A stretch of DNA of 64,000 nucleotides, from assembly GCA_976551045.1 (NCBI GenBank), contig CDPCPM010000151.1, positions 9,610,001 through 9,674,000 on the forward strand, in the 5' to 3' direction. Source of the stretch: Glaucostegus cemiculus (lineage: Eukaryota). Positions 48,771 through 60,562 of the stretch are shown in pieces (positions within the stretch are counted from its first letter, which is position 1; each line of letters opens with the position of its first letter). The position numbers were made by a program, and so were the translations under genes. The notes under the pieces were generated by a model. It ran no database searches, was not told the origin of the DNA, and was given only the letters and a program-made list of their open reading frames with translations.

Positions 48771-50379
48771 TGAGCAATGGGGTGAAAAGTTACCAGGGGT
48801 AGAAGGGGAATTGAACCTAACACTGTAATCAGATTAGCATGATTTTATTAAATGGTGGAGCAGGCTCGAGAAGCCAAGTAGCTGACTCACGCTCCTAATT
48901 GGTGTGTTTTTTAAGATGTGCATTGCTGGGATTTGGCCTCTTGTTGCATCAGTCCACAATCCTAATCCTTCATGAAAGGTTAAGAAAGGTATTTTGTGGG
49001 TCTTCAAGGAAGATGTTGAAATTAAAATAAGCCCTTGACTCAAGAACATTAAAAAGCATATTTTAAAACTTTCTAAATAAACCTCTAATAAAAAATCACC
49101 AAGGAGTCTTACTGTAGCCCAAGCTGTGCAGAGAATAATTCTGTACAGTTTTAAGAAATAAATGTTAGTAATTCTGATCAAGTCACTCAGGCATTGTCTT
49201 TGAAAATGTTTATTTTATGTGATAAGCTCTTTTTCAGCAATTCTTCATAATTTGCCTTCTTATCTATATCAAAGAATACCTCCAAAAGTATTAAATAAAA
49301 ATATGGCCTGTACATTTATCGGAGCTCACATGTACCCTTAAAGAGTCAGACATGGAGATCCAATAATGCTTTGGTTGTCAGTGTGCTGCTTGAACATTCA
49401 ATCGTGGCTGAGATTTGGTGTTCCTCTAGGGAGAAGGGAGCCTGGTAATTGGGGATCAGGATATGGGATTGGGCCCAATAAATGAGAGGAATTGTCAGAT
49501 CTTGGCCTAGGGAAGAGCAAGATTTGAGGGTGGAAGTGGTGATCATTGTCTGAAAGTCGTGAAGAGTCATTGGATTGGGGCCTGGGGAGCTGACTGGGTC
49601 TTGCAGGGGTCACTAATATGAAGGAAGGGGAGTGATCAGAATCTAGACTCAAGAAGGTTGTTAGATCATGGCCTGGACATTAGAGGGGTCCAACAACAAA
49701 TAGGCATACAGATATAGCAGCACTATTAATATGTTGTTCTGAGAATGCCCTCACACAAGCATACCTCAGATCCACTTGATCTAACTTCCCTAGCAGAAAT
49801 GCAAGGAATGATCAGTGGGTGCACTTCCTGTACAAGTGCAATTAACATCTGGTAACAGGCAATCGAATTTCCAAAGTTGGGCAATTCAAGACTCACTTCA
49901 GAGCAACTGACATTCATATAAATTATGAAGGAATCATTGCTGTGAATCTGAACTTCCAGATGTACCTTTTTTAGGTCGTGGTCCATAGCAGGTTTTATGT
50001 TCAATGTTATGCAAATGCACTGCAGCTCAAGTGAACAAAATATGGCCAAGTCTGAGCACAATTTAAGTTGGAATTGCCAATTGGATCCAAATAGAAAGCC
50101 GGCCCTATGGATATTAAAGAGAGTCTTAAAGTTGGAGATTTGGAAATATTTCAGGTCTAGTTGGCTAAAGGCATAGGTGGGAATGAAAGGAGTGGAAGAT
50201 GTGCAAGCATTCAAAGTTGGAGAGTTGTCAGGCATGAGGAAACCTTGCTACAGACAGAGATGAATATTTTAAGTTGTGCAAAGGGTTTCCAACAAGGATC
50301 CTCAGAAAGGTAATTGAATTGAGATGTGGTGAATGATGAATGGTAGGAGTATTATTGTAATCTATGCTCTTGTTTGCAG

Positions 50380-50571
50380 AGTGAGAAAGTGAATACGGAC
50401 ATTGAAACAGAGCAGAAGGTGAAATACTGCTGTGTCTACCTCCCTGACAAAACTGCCTCCTTAGCGATGGTTCGGCCTGGGTTGACCATTCGAGACTTGC
50501 TGTCTGGGGTATGTGAAAGGCATGGGATTCCTCTAGCTGCCACAAGTGTTTTTCTGGCTGGAAGTGACAAG
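50380..50571 (+). CDS. RGS14: RGS14 exon, RBD1 (SEKVNTDIETEQKVKYCCVYLPDKTASLAMVRPGLTIRDLLSGVCERHGIPLAATSVFLAGSDK)
   Basis: tttgcag| ... AAG|gtaagt, 192 nt, phase 0-0; KYCCVYLPD..ASLA..RPGLTIRD is RGS14-type. Confidence 0.97.
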
Positions 50572-50624
50572 GTAAGTTGGAATATTATATATGCTGTACA
50601 GACCACATGGTTTAATATAAAACT

Positions 50625-51180
50625 GGGTTTATAAAACTTTGGTTATACTGTACTTGGAGTATTTTCTGAAATTCTGGTTGGCTCTTTGCAGGAAGGCTAT
50701 GAAAGCTTTGGAAAGGGTGCAGAAGAGGTTTATCAGGATGCTGTCTGGATTAGAGGGTATGAGGTACAAAGAGTGGTTAGACAAACTTGGGTTGTTTACT
50801 CTGGAATGTTGGAGACTGAGGGGAGACCTGATAGAAACCTATAAAATTATGAGAGGCACAGATAGGGTAGACAGTCAGAATCTTTTTCCCAGAGTAGAAA
50901 TGTGAAATACTAGAGAACGTCTAATGGAGTTTAAAGGAGATGTATGGGGCAAGATATTTTTTTTTACACAGTGGTGGATGCCTGGAATGGGTTGCCAGGG
51001 GTAGTGGTGGAAGAAGATACAACAGTACAATTTAAGAGGCTTTTAGATGGACACATGAATATACAGGGAATGGAGGGATATGCATCATGTTCAAGCAGAA
51101 GAGATTTGGTTTAATTTGACATTGTGTTCAGCACAGACATCATGGGCCAATGGGCCTGTTCCTGTGCTGTACTGTTCTGT
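50625..51180 (+). mobile_element. CR1 3' fragment
   Basis: ORF 50639-50905: KALERVQKRFIRMLSGLEGMRYKEWLDKLGLFTLECWRLRGDLIETYKIMRG. Confidence 0.92.
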
Positions 51181-53704
51181 GATTTCCAAATAGGTTCCCT
51201 GAGTGGCTTTGGCCAAGGTAACTAACTAATGTAGGCTTTATAGAGACTGACAGTTCAATGGTTGATTCACAAGTACAGGAATATGTCACTTAACCATATG
51301 AGCCTTCTCCACCATTCTACAAGACCATTATTCATCACTATCTCAGCTCCCTTTACCACCCCTTTATCAATGACTATTGATGTCCTCCCACCAAGATGGA
51401 GGAGGAGAGCAGAGATTTGGGAACACCACCACCTGCAGGTTCTCCTCCAAGTTGCACTTCAACCTCACTTGGAAATATGTTGCTGCTCCTTCTTCATCAC
51501 TGGGTCTAAATCCTCAACAGTACCCTCTCCTCAACGGCACAATGGGAGAACCTTCACTTGAAGGATAACAGTGGGTCACTCTGAATGACACAGTAACTGT
51601 AATATTGAGGCCATCAACATTTGTTACATGGGGCCCAGCTTTACCTGCCAGCATATATTCAACTGCTTTCTACCTCCATCTCAGTCCCAATTGTCTGCCA
51701 GTCTCTCCACAGCACCAAGCTGCACTCCAGAACCACCTCGGGACCATTAATGAAAAGCCTTTTCTGTAATACATAATGCCTTGGGCTTTACAGACAATAT
51801 AGTTTCACTGCTGAAAGACTAGAGAGGAACTTCTTACCCTCCTGTGTAAGGTACCTTCTGAGGTAGTTTGATGCATCTCTCCTTGAACTACCTGATGGCA
51901 TAAGTAAAGGTTCCAAGCCTCTTGCACATTATGTCAAAAATAAAGCACTCTTTCCCTGCTTGATGCAGAGTTTAACTTTGCCAGGTGCATTACAGCAATT
52001 ACATAATTGAGCAATTACAAAAACAATTATTGGGAATTATCCTTGTCGGTACCCTGTTCCAACATTAACATAGCTACCTGTGTTTCCAGCCTTTCCTTTT
52101 GCTATAGCTTGTCTTTTGTCCTGGACTGAAGCAGTGAAAAAACAATGCACATGGCCAGCTGATATTTTATACCAATTCTCATTGTTTCCTTTACTGTTAT
52201 GTCTCCATTCCCTTTAAAAATAATATAAAACAAACCCAAGTTGCAATAATAAGAGCAGATCACAATAGAACCCAAATTATTCTGGTTTACTCCTGATTAT
52301 AAATTTTACAAGCAGCATTCTTTTAGAATGAATTTAAAAATACAACACAAGCCAATTTAACTAAACTGTTTTATAGGATGTGCAACTCACAACCACGTGG
52401 GGCAGTTGAATTAAATAGTAGCAACGTTTTTAAGGAGAAACTCAGTAAGCACAAGGAAGAAAGGAACAAATGGATGTTCTGACATGGTCTGATGATGGAG
52501 AGCAGAAGGAGGCTTAATACTGACGCACAGCAGTTGCATCAAGTACCCTGTTTCTATGCGGTACTCAGTTTGTAAAAGATCAGCTTTGACCTTAATTGTT
52601 TGACACTGTACTTTCATTTTGGGCTGAGGTTAATGCTAATGACTAAGGGAAGAGAGAAGTTACAATCTTCGTGTATATTACTGTGGAAGGTAAAAGCCAT
52701 GTTGTAATAAGTGGGTTTAATGGAGTCAGGAGTGTTTTAATATTAAATGATATACTGAAACTCTTTTGTTTAGTGGAGTCTTATGTATTTACGATAAAAT
52801 TAAAACCTGTAGTTAGGGCAGAGGCAGGCTGGAAATAAAATTGACAAAGAGACAAAAATTTGAGAGTAATGATGAAACAGTTGTTTTTCAGACTGGTGGA
52901 AAGTATCCAGGAATATCTCCGAGAGTCAGTATTAATACCATTTGTATCACTACATACATTGACGACAAAGGAGATATCATTTCAATGCTTGTTGATGATA
53001 AAATACAATGAAGAGAAGGATATGATACATTTATCAAAAAGAAGTGTGAAATGATTCATTTTGGTAAATAAAAAAAGGGGGAGATGCAGTGTGCAATGTT
53101 GAGGTGTGGAATGTATAATGCAAGTCTTTGACACCAGAACACGTTGTGAAAGAAGCAATTTGAGATTCCTGGCTTCACTGCATGAAGCAATCTTGCACAA
53201 CTGATGTCAACATGTACACACTAGTCCATTCAACACCTCCCTGGATCCCCAGTGTCTTCTCTGCGAATGCAAAACACATTGAGAGTCTGTAGAGAGCATT
53301 GCTGTCTCAGATAGCCCCAGATGCAACAGCCATGCACCACAAGGAACTCTCATCACGATTAAAATATACCTGGATGAATACTTCATACTGAAAGTTATAA
53401 AGTTACAGACTAAGAGTTGGGAAAAGAGTTTAGATTAAATGTCTGTCTTTACAGTTTAAAATGCGAAAAAAATCTGGAACAAATAGAAAACCAAGGATAT
53501 GGTGACAGTGAAGAATTTTTAAAAAATAGTAAAGAAATAACACTGTAGGAATATTTGGGACATTAGTTGGAGTGGTTGGGATACAACTTTTGGTTTAATA
53601 GAAGTGGTTGCACAAGTGATGCTTTTGTTTTTACCTCACTAAGTTTCCCTAGGTTTTAAAATAGCTTCTGCAAAACCTGGAAGGTAGAATTTATCAGCAT
53701 GTCA

Positions 53705-54065
53705 GAGAGTCATGTAGTCATAGCCATGCAGCACAGAAGCAAGCCCTTTGATCCATTGAGTCCATGCCAATTATCAGTCACCGATTTACACTAATCCTAT
53801 ATTCATCCAGTTTTATTTTCCACACATTCCCATCAGTGCTTCAAGATTCCTTCACCAATCTGCACAGTAGGGACAACTTACAGTGGCCATTTAACCTACC
53901 AATCCGCATGTCTTTGGGATGTGCGAGGAAACCAGATCATCCATAAGAAACCCACACTGTCACAGAGAGCACGTGCAAACTGCACACAGACAGCACTGGA
54001 AGTCAGGATTGAACCCAAGTCACTGGAGCTGTGAAACAGCAACTCCACCAGCTGCACTACTGTGA
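53705..54065 (-). mobile_element. V-domain SINE with CR1-type tail
   Basis: gtctttgggatgtgcgaggaaaccag...gtcaggattgaaccc. Confidence 0.8.
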
Positions 54066-54634
54066 TGTCTAAATATTGTCCTTGGTGTATTTTTGTTTGT
54101 GCATCTGGTGCTGTTGGGAAATGACAAATTTCTCTCTAGTTGTTATACTACAACAATGGTGCTAACAATTTGGACAATACTAATAAACTTAAGTCATCGA
54201 GCATATTTCCCAGTTACCTAAAGTCAGTGTTTATGTTGAGGAGGTTCCCAAACTTTTATAGAGGTTTTCCTTTCCTGGCAGTGAGGATCCTTTCTCATGG
54301 AATAGCCTAAACAATGCATGTTGGCAAGCTATTTCAACATACAGACTAGAGTGGAAGGGTATCCATTACTTCTCCCAATGAATAGCAAAGAGGAGTGAAA
54401 ACCCTACCTGATTTGGTTTCTGCTGCCTTTCCTTGCCCGAGATTATCAAAGCAACTTCATGCTGTCTCATGTCAGAGCAGCATTTAACTAAGGGTCCCCA
54501 GGTCTGAGCACCTTGTCTACTCCTCACTGGACAAGCCAAATAATATGTTGGTGGTGTTAAAATGATCATAATTAATGATATATTAATCTATGACTTCAGT
54601 AATGCTTAAAACCTACCTTTACTTTAAATTTCAG

Positions 54635-54711
54635 AAACCTCTTGTGCTGGATCAAGATAGCATGATCTTGTGTGACAAGGAAGTTCGTGTTGAGAAGAAA
54701 GTACTATTTGA
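54635..54711 (+). CDS. RGS14: RGS14 exon, RBD1/RBD2 junction (KPLVLDQDSMILCDKEVRVEKKVLF(E))
   Basis: tttcag| ... GA|gtaagt, 77 nt, phase 0-2; LVLDQD motif. Confidence 0.95.
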
Positions 54712-55004
54712 GTAAGTTTATGATCAATAGAATAGCATGGCAGAATGTCAGTAATCAGACCATCCAGAGATCTCAATGGTAAGAAACTGGGGAGTATTAT
54801 AGTTAGAAATTTCTGGTGTACCAGACATTAACAGAACATTGTGTTAAGATACGGCTGTTATGTTTGTTCTCTAACCAGTGGGAAGTGTGGGAACTTACAG
54901 TCCAGTTTGACCTCGATGATGAAACGTTAAACATCAGGTCTGGTGTGATTGTCTTGGTGCCAACTTGAATTCATTCCCTATCTTTCCCTCTGATTCCCTT
55001 TCAG

Positions 55005-55131
55005 ATTGGAGCTTGTTCCAGCAAATCGAAAACTTTGGGTGACGGCAAAACCTACCAAAACAGTATGTGAGGCTTTGCAACCATTTCTGATGAAATATCA
55101 CTTAAATGTCAAGGATTTGGAGGCAAAAATT
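55005..55131 (+). CDS. RGS14: RGS14 exon, RBD2 (LELVPANRKLWVTAKPTKTVCEALQPFLMKYHLNVKDLEAKI)
   Basis: ccctttcag| ... ATT|gtacgt, 127 nt, phase 2-0; AKPTK..EALQP motif. Confidence 0.95.
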
Positions 55132-55912
55132 GTACGTATTAACAGAAGCAAAAATACTTTCCATTTATACATAACCTCCTATTTCCTCAAGATTTCCAAA
55201 AGCACTTTAGCGTTAGTTAATGATTTTTGATGCACAGTCACTGATGGCCATTTTCCAAAGTCCAAATATCCACAAACATCTGTAAGGTAATTGAACCATT
55301 AGAGATGTTGGTTAAGGGATATGAATTGGTCAAGGGGAGAACTGTTCTTGGACTTCCTCAATCAGGAATAGTTTTAATGTAATCCACTATTCAGCCATTC
55401 ACCTTTGCAAACCCCACCTCGCAGGTTAACTCAACCAGAAGGGGTCTAGCATGTACCTTCTTTGAAAACATGATTATTTACTGGTGAAAACATCAAACTG
55501 GAGAAAAAACTTGGGCACATCCAGTCTGGCCTTGTGTATCATTATACATTCACTCCCCAACCAAGCTAAAGCCAAGCAGTTTCTGGAAGTTATAAAATGA
55601 ACTAAAACTCTGATCAATTTTGTGCAAAAAAAAAGTAAGGAATCTCCTATTTAAAACTATCCCATGATTTGCCACCTCAGACTATGATATTGGGAACAAG
55701 TCCAGGAGATTGTCCTGATAATGTCAGTATTTGCTCTTCAGTTGAGAAGTGATCTCTATGCAAGTCAGAAACGAGTTCAGTCTCTATATGTTTATACTTG
55801 GATCATGTTATCAAATCAAAGTTGGGCGTGAAATGTCTTTGGCATGGAGGGCGGTGAAGCAGATTTAACAGGTAGCAATTGAATATAATTTCTTTTAATC
55901 TATGTAAAATAG

Positions 55913-55994
55913 AGTGGAGAGTCCCAGCCTCTGAAAATGCATAGCACCGTGTCCTGCCTGGATAATCAGCGGGTGATCCTTGACAAGATTAAGG
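55913..55994 (+). CDS. RGS14: RGS14 exon, end of RBD2 (SGESQPLKMHSTVSCLDNQRVILDKIK)
   Basis: aaatag| ... G|gtatgt, 82 nt, phase 0-1; GE.QPL...VS...QR..LD pattern. Confidence 0.93.
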
Positions 55995-56180
55995 GTATGT
56001 ATCTTGTGCACATCTTTCTTGTTTAATATTTTTTCTGCTGGACTGCTCCAAGCAACACCTCAGGGATTACCTCTATTGCTCAAGATTCCTGGCAACCCTA
56101 AAGAGGAGTGAATAGATGAATAGCTGGAGTGGGAAGTGCTGAAATGTTAATACAGATGTCTTAGGTATACTGTAAAGTCC

Positions 56181-56374
56181 CGCGTGTGCTCCTCCCCCTC
56201 CCCTCACCTTCTTATTCTGGCTTCTGCCATCCTCCTTTCCAGTCCTGATGAAGGGACTCGGCCCAAAACATCAACTGTTTATTTCCCTCCATGGATGCTG
56301 CTTGACCTACTGAGTTTCTCCAGTACTTTTTGTGTATTGCTTCAGATTCCAGCATCTGCAGAACTTTTTGTGTC
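56181..56374 (+). mobile_element. Penelope-derived short element with hammerhead motif and TSD
   Basis: cagtc-CTGATGA-agggactcggccc-aaaa-catc-aactg at 56240-56277; TSD actgtaaagtcc 56169-56180 / actgtgaggtcc 56375-56386. Confidence 0.85.
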
Positions 56375-56829
56375 ACTGTGAGGTCCGTCGCTGCCTATCT
56401 ATATATTAGACTGGCAAGTAACATGCTTAAAGATTAATTGGAGCTATATAATTAGTCGCTGTCAATGGATACGACTAATGTTTTTAATGCGTTAATGAGA
56501 AAACAGCTTTCAAAATAAATCATCGTAGTTTCAGTGTGGAACCAGAGTGAAATGTTCTGGACCCCTCCCCATCCCACTGTTAGATGTAGGCAGTAAATTC
56601 CTGGCTATCATCCTCTGACTGCCTTCTGGAACCCCTTCACTTACCCTCCATTTTGCCTTTTGAAGTCTAATTTGGACTCAGATTCCATTCCCCTTTGCGC
56701 CTTCCTGCTCTCTCAATATCAGGAGTGAATTCAACATCCAACTTATGTTCCCTGCCACTCCAGAAATTCAGGTGTTACCTCTGGGTCCTACTGTCTTTAA
56801 TGCTGAGGGGTAGCTGGTGTGTCCTTGAG

Positions 56830-57250
56830 AGGGAGGGAGTGGGGTTTCAGGGAAAATGGGAGGGCGGGGAGAGAGTGAGTGGATATGGGGGAAGAAGGTG
56901 GAGGACGGGGTGGAGAGAGGTAAAAGAAGGGCAAGAGAGTCAGGGTGAGGAAGTGAGTGGATATTGGGGATGAAGAGATTGCTGAAGAGATGAGAAAATA
57001 AAAGGGTGAGATGAAGGAATAGATGGGAGAGACAGTTGTGAGATGGGTAGAGATAATGGAAGGGTAGGATAAAAGAGAGAAAGGGAGTGAGGGTGGATGT
57101 GTAGAGGGACTGGGTGTCATGGGGAGGAGACAGAAGAGGGGTAGGGGTCAGAATAGGTGATGATACGAGGAAAGAACTAAGGAGCTGATGAATAGAAAGG
57201 GTGGGTGGAGAGATAGAAAGAGAGTGGGGTCAAGGGAGAATGTAATGGGG
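56830..57250 (+). repeat. Purine-rich (G/A) low-complexity tract
   Basis: Strong G/A bias with very few C on the plus strand; no fixed period. Confidence 0.7.
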
Positions 57251-57439
57251 TGTTGATGAGGAGCGATCTTATGACTCCCAGGTTTTGGCCTGACTGGCTT
57301 AGGAAATCCTAACAAATGGTGAAATGCTTCTAGGTCATGGGAAGTTCTGTGTCTTCCCACCTCAACAAGGAGCTACACCAGGGAAGGCAATGAAAAAAAT
57401 TCAACCCATGTTTTGGGTATTCTGACAGTTTCTTTAGGA

Positions 57440-57830
57440 ATACATTTCAGTAAATGATATTGCAAGGTTGTATCTGGAAGGTACGAAAGAAATTCAGCAG
57501 CAAATTTTTGCACAGCAAGATCCCACAAACAACAGTGTGATAACGATATTGATGATGATTGAGGGATGGGCATTGATCAGAACACAAGGGATAACTTTCC
57601 CACTGTTCTTCAAAATAAAGCCACCTTAATTATTCCTGTTTTATTTTGAGAGGGCAAGCAGTATCTCAGTTTAACATGTTCTTCAGAAGACATTACCTGC
57701 AAGGTCTCACTTGATATCATTCAGAAGCATTATCCAGGATTGTTGCACTCCAGTCTCTGGAATGAGATCTGGACCCTGGAACCCGCTGATTCAGTGCGCA
57801 TACTGCTACCAACTGAGTCACAGCTAGCAT
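57440..57830 (-). mobile_element. Deu-domain SINE (AmnSINE/SacSINE-like)
   Basis: Reverse complement contains tgtttgtgggatcttgctgtgcaaaaatttgctgc, matching the Deu-domain core as I recall it. Confidence 0.7.
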
Positions 57831-59104
57831 ATTCCCATGCAAGCACAGGTAAATGAATCACAGAACCTTGCCCTATCTCCCCACTCCCCCTACCACTTCA
57901 CAGCTATGGGTGTGGGGGGGGGGGGGTTGAGGGAACTGAGGTTAATTATTACTAGCTAATTCTCCAGATAAATGTGATTAGCTCAGTACTTTTTTTAATT
58001 TCAAAAAATATATTTATTCATCAAAAATATATATAGGAAATGCAATGCAATCGGTACATTTATTGTGCAATCAAATTAATCCATTCTATTTATAATTCAT
58101 CAGTACTACTCATGTTCCTCTTTAAACAATACACCCATGAAGTGTTTGGTTACATACAGCTACAGCCACAAAGCAATCGTAAAATATTTCACTATGAAAG
58201 GTGGGACAAATCTGTTATAATCAATGTTACTCAGAGCTCTAAGAGCAGATAATATTCATTTTTATAAGCATAAAGACTAGCTAGCTCAGTGCTGTAGAAT
58301 CAGGACCCTGTTTCCTCTCCATACTGGGATCGCTACATATTAAGCTGTGTGCGTACTGAGCAATGGTGGATAGTCGCATTATGGATTGTACGAAATAAAC
58401 CATCTCTTTCCGTGAACAGACTCAAATAGCAGGCAATAATTGGATGGTGAGATGAGCTGTCTGCTTCTTTTTGTGTGTGAGCCACAAGATACCAGCTCTA
58501 AATGTTAAACAACCAACTCTAAGTGAGCTCCCACAGAGCTGACCTTTCACTGGCCAATTGCACAGAATCACTCTGTGGCAGATTTAGGTTGCCACATACA
58601 TCTTGGGCCACAGCTGCTGAAATCTTTTTTTGTAGCCTATTGCATCCCACAGCTTTCATTCATTTCGACAATTGATATTAGTGGGCAGAAATCTAAGGTA
58701 TCTGAAATGAAGTATGGCTCTTCATGTGTATTGCTAACTCACACAAAACAAAACTAGTTCTGTCTCTAGTTGCAGAGCAGAGTTATATTTTGCAGCAATT
58801 GAAAGACCCATGTGTTGAGCTATCAGATTACTATGACCTTCTACAGAAAGCATTGCTCCTTCTCCCTTTTCCTGCTCTCTCTCAGGCCACAGATTCTGGT
58901 GTGTGGTGCCCTGCCCCATTTCCTGCTCCCCACTTCCCACCGTGCCACTGTAATCTTTTTAACCATTTATTTCTCCTCTAAAAATCAGACTGATGACTTA
59001 GAGTTTTAACCAGTCAAAGGACATCATGATCAAACATCTCTCCAATCAGACAACATCATATGAGCTGCCTCCAGTTCTGGCCATTGAAACGCAAGGGAAG
59101 GATA

Positions 59105-59500
59105 TTCACTGGAGCATTGGAGGATGAGGGGTGATTTTATAGAGGTGTATAACATCAAGAGGGGCATAGGTAGGGTGAATGCACACAGCCTTTTTCCCAG
59201 GGTTGGGGACTCAAGAACTAGAGGGCATAGATTTAAGGTGAGATGGGAGAGGTTTAATAGAATTTGAGGGGCAGCTTCTACATGCAGAGGGTGGTCGGTA
59301 CATGGAACGAGCTGCCAGAGGAAGTGATAGAGGCAGGTACATTAACAACATTTATGCCATTTGGGCAGATACACAGATAGGAAAGGTTTAGAGGGATATG
59401 GGCCAAACACAGGCAAGTGGGACTAGCTAAGATGGGAATCTTGATCAACATGGACCAGTTGGGCTGAAGGGCCTGTTTCCACACTGTATAACTCTGAGTG
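59105..59500 (+). mobile_element. CR1 3' end fragment
   Basis: ggaggatgaggggtgattttatagaggtgtataac...gggctgaagggcctgtttccacactgtataactct. Confidence 0.88.
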
Positions 59501-59728
59501 CTGGAGGTAGTACAGAGAACATCCACAAGGCAGACCTGTGGTGGCAGGCATCTGAGTTAACAAGGAGTAAGAAGCCATTGAACCTTCTTAGACTTGTTCT
59601 GACTGGGTGAAATAAGATGGGTCCATCTTATCCGAAGTGGTCCAGCATTTTTCAAACTAAGAGGAGTGGATTTGACACAATCCTGCTAAGTGCTTTCTAA
59701 CCATCAGCCCTGTTTTCAATGTTCACAG

Positions 59729-59775
59729 ACACAGCAGAAGAGAAAATGAATTCAAAACAACCATCTGCATACCTT
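59729..59775 (+). CDS. RGS14: RGS14 short exon ((D)TAEEKMNSKQPSAYL)
   Basis: gttcacag| ... CTT|gtaagt, 47 nt, phase 1-0, exactly the phase needed between flanking exons. Poorly conserved sequence, so assigned on splice signals and phase. Confidence 0.75.
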
Positions 59776-60423
59776 GTAAGTGCAATATCATTTAACATCC
59801 CCCATATCAAACATGATTAAGGCTGGATTATGGTATTTGTACACAACAACACCATGTATTTATATAATGCTTTAGTGTATGAAATATCCATGTCCCTTGA
59901 CATGTGGCGATAATTGACAAAATTTGCCCAGAAACACAGACAGGATTTTAGAAGTATCTCAATAAAGGGAAGATAAATGTAGAAGGAGAAATGATTTGGG
60001 AGGAAATTAGAACTTAAGACCTTGGTAGTAAGTGCCACAGCTGTCAATATCAGAGCAAGCAAGACTGGGGAGAAATAACGGACGAGAAGTTGAAGAGTGC
60101 GCAGGTAGGGTGAAGGATGTTACATAAATAAGGACTGACTAACATTTTAAATGCATTGCCAAAATGGTAAACAAAATAGGTCTGTGACTATGATGTAGTG
60201 AGTGAGAGGGACCTGATGTGAGTTAGAATACTGCTGAACACATCTGTTGTAGCACTGTTGTTACTTCAAAGCCCAATTTTATCTGATACTCCACCCAGAA
60301 TGAAAGAATACTGAACTGACTTTGGGGGATGTTAAAATGAGGTAGTGTTTTGCTGGGATGGAGGGGTAATGGTACATTAAAACAAAGAAGTTCTGTGATT
60401 TGTCCAATTATTTCCATCAACAG

Positions 60424-60562
60424 AAGCAGCAGGAGCCTCCTATAAATGCAAACCAAGCCTGGGAGAGCCTCTCCGTAAACTCGCAGCCCATTAGAAGAAG
60501 CAGAGACAAGGGAACTCATGAAGGAAGAAAGGAAATGTACCGTAAGACTTATGATGTTGAAG
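60424..60562 (+). CDS. RGS14: RGS14 exon leading into GoLoco motif (KQQEPPINANQAWES...EMYRKTYDVE)
   Basis: catcaacag| ... G|gttagt, phase 0-1; RKTYDVE aligns with RGS14 RQTCDIE. Confidence 0.88.

Noticed and set aside
49726-50235. 169-aa minus-strand ORF
   Set aside because: No recognisable motif; lies in decayed repeat-like intronic sequence.
56695-57360. ORFs over the purine-rich tract
   Set aside because: Low-complexity artefacts with no domain similarity or splice support.
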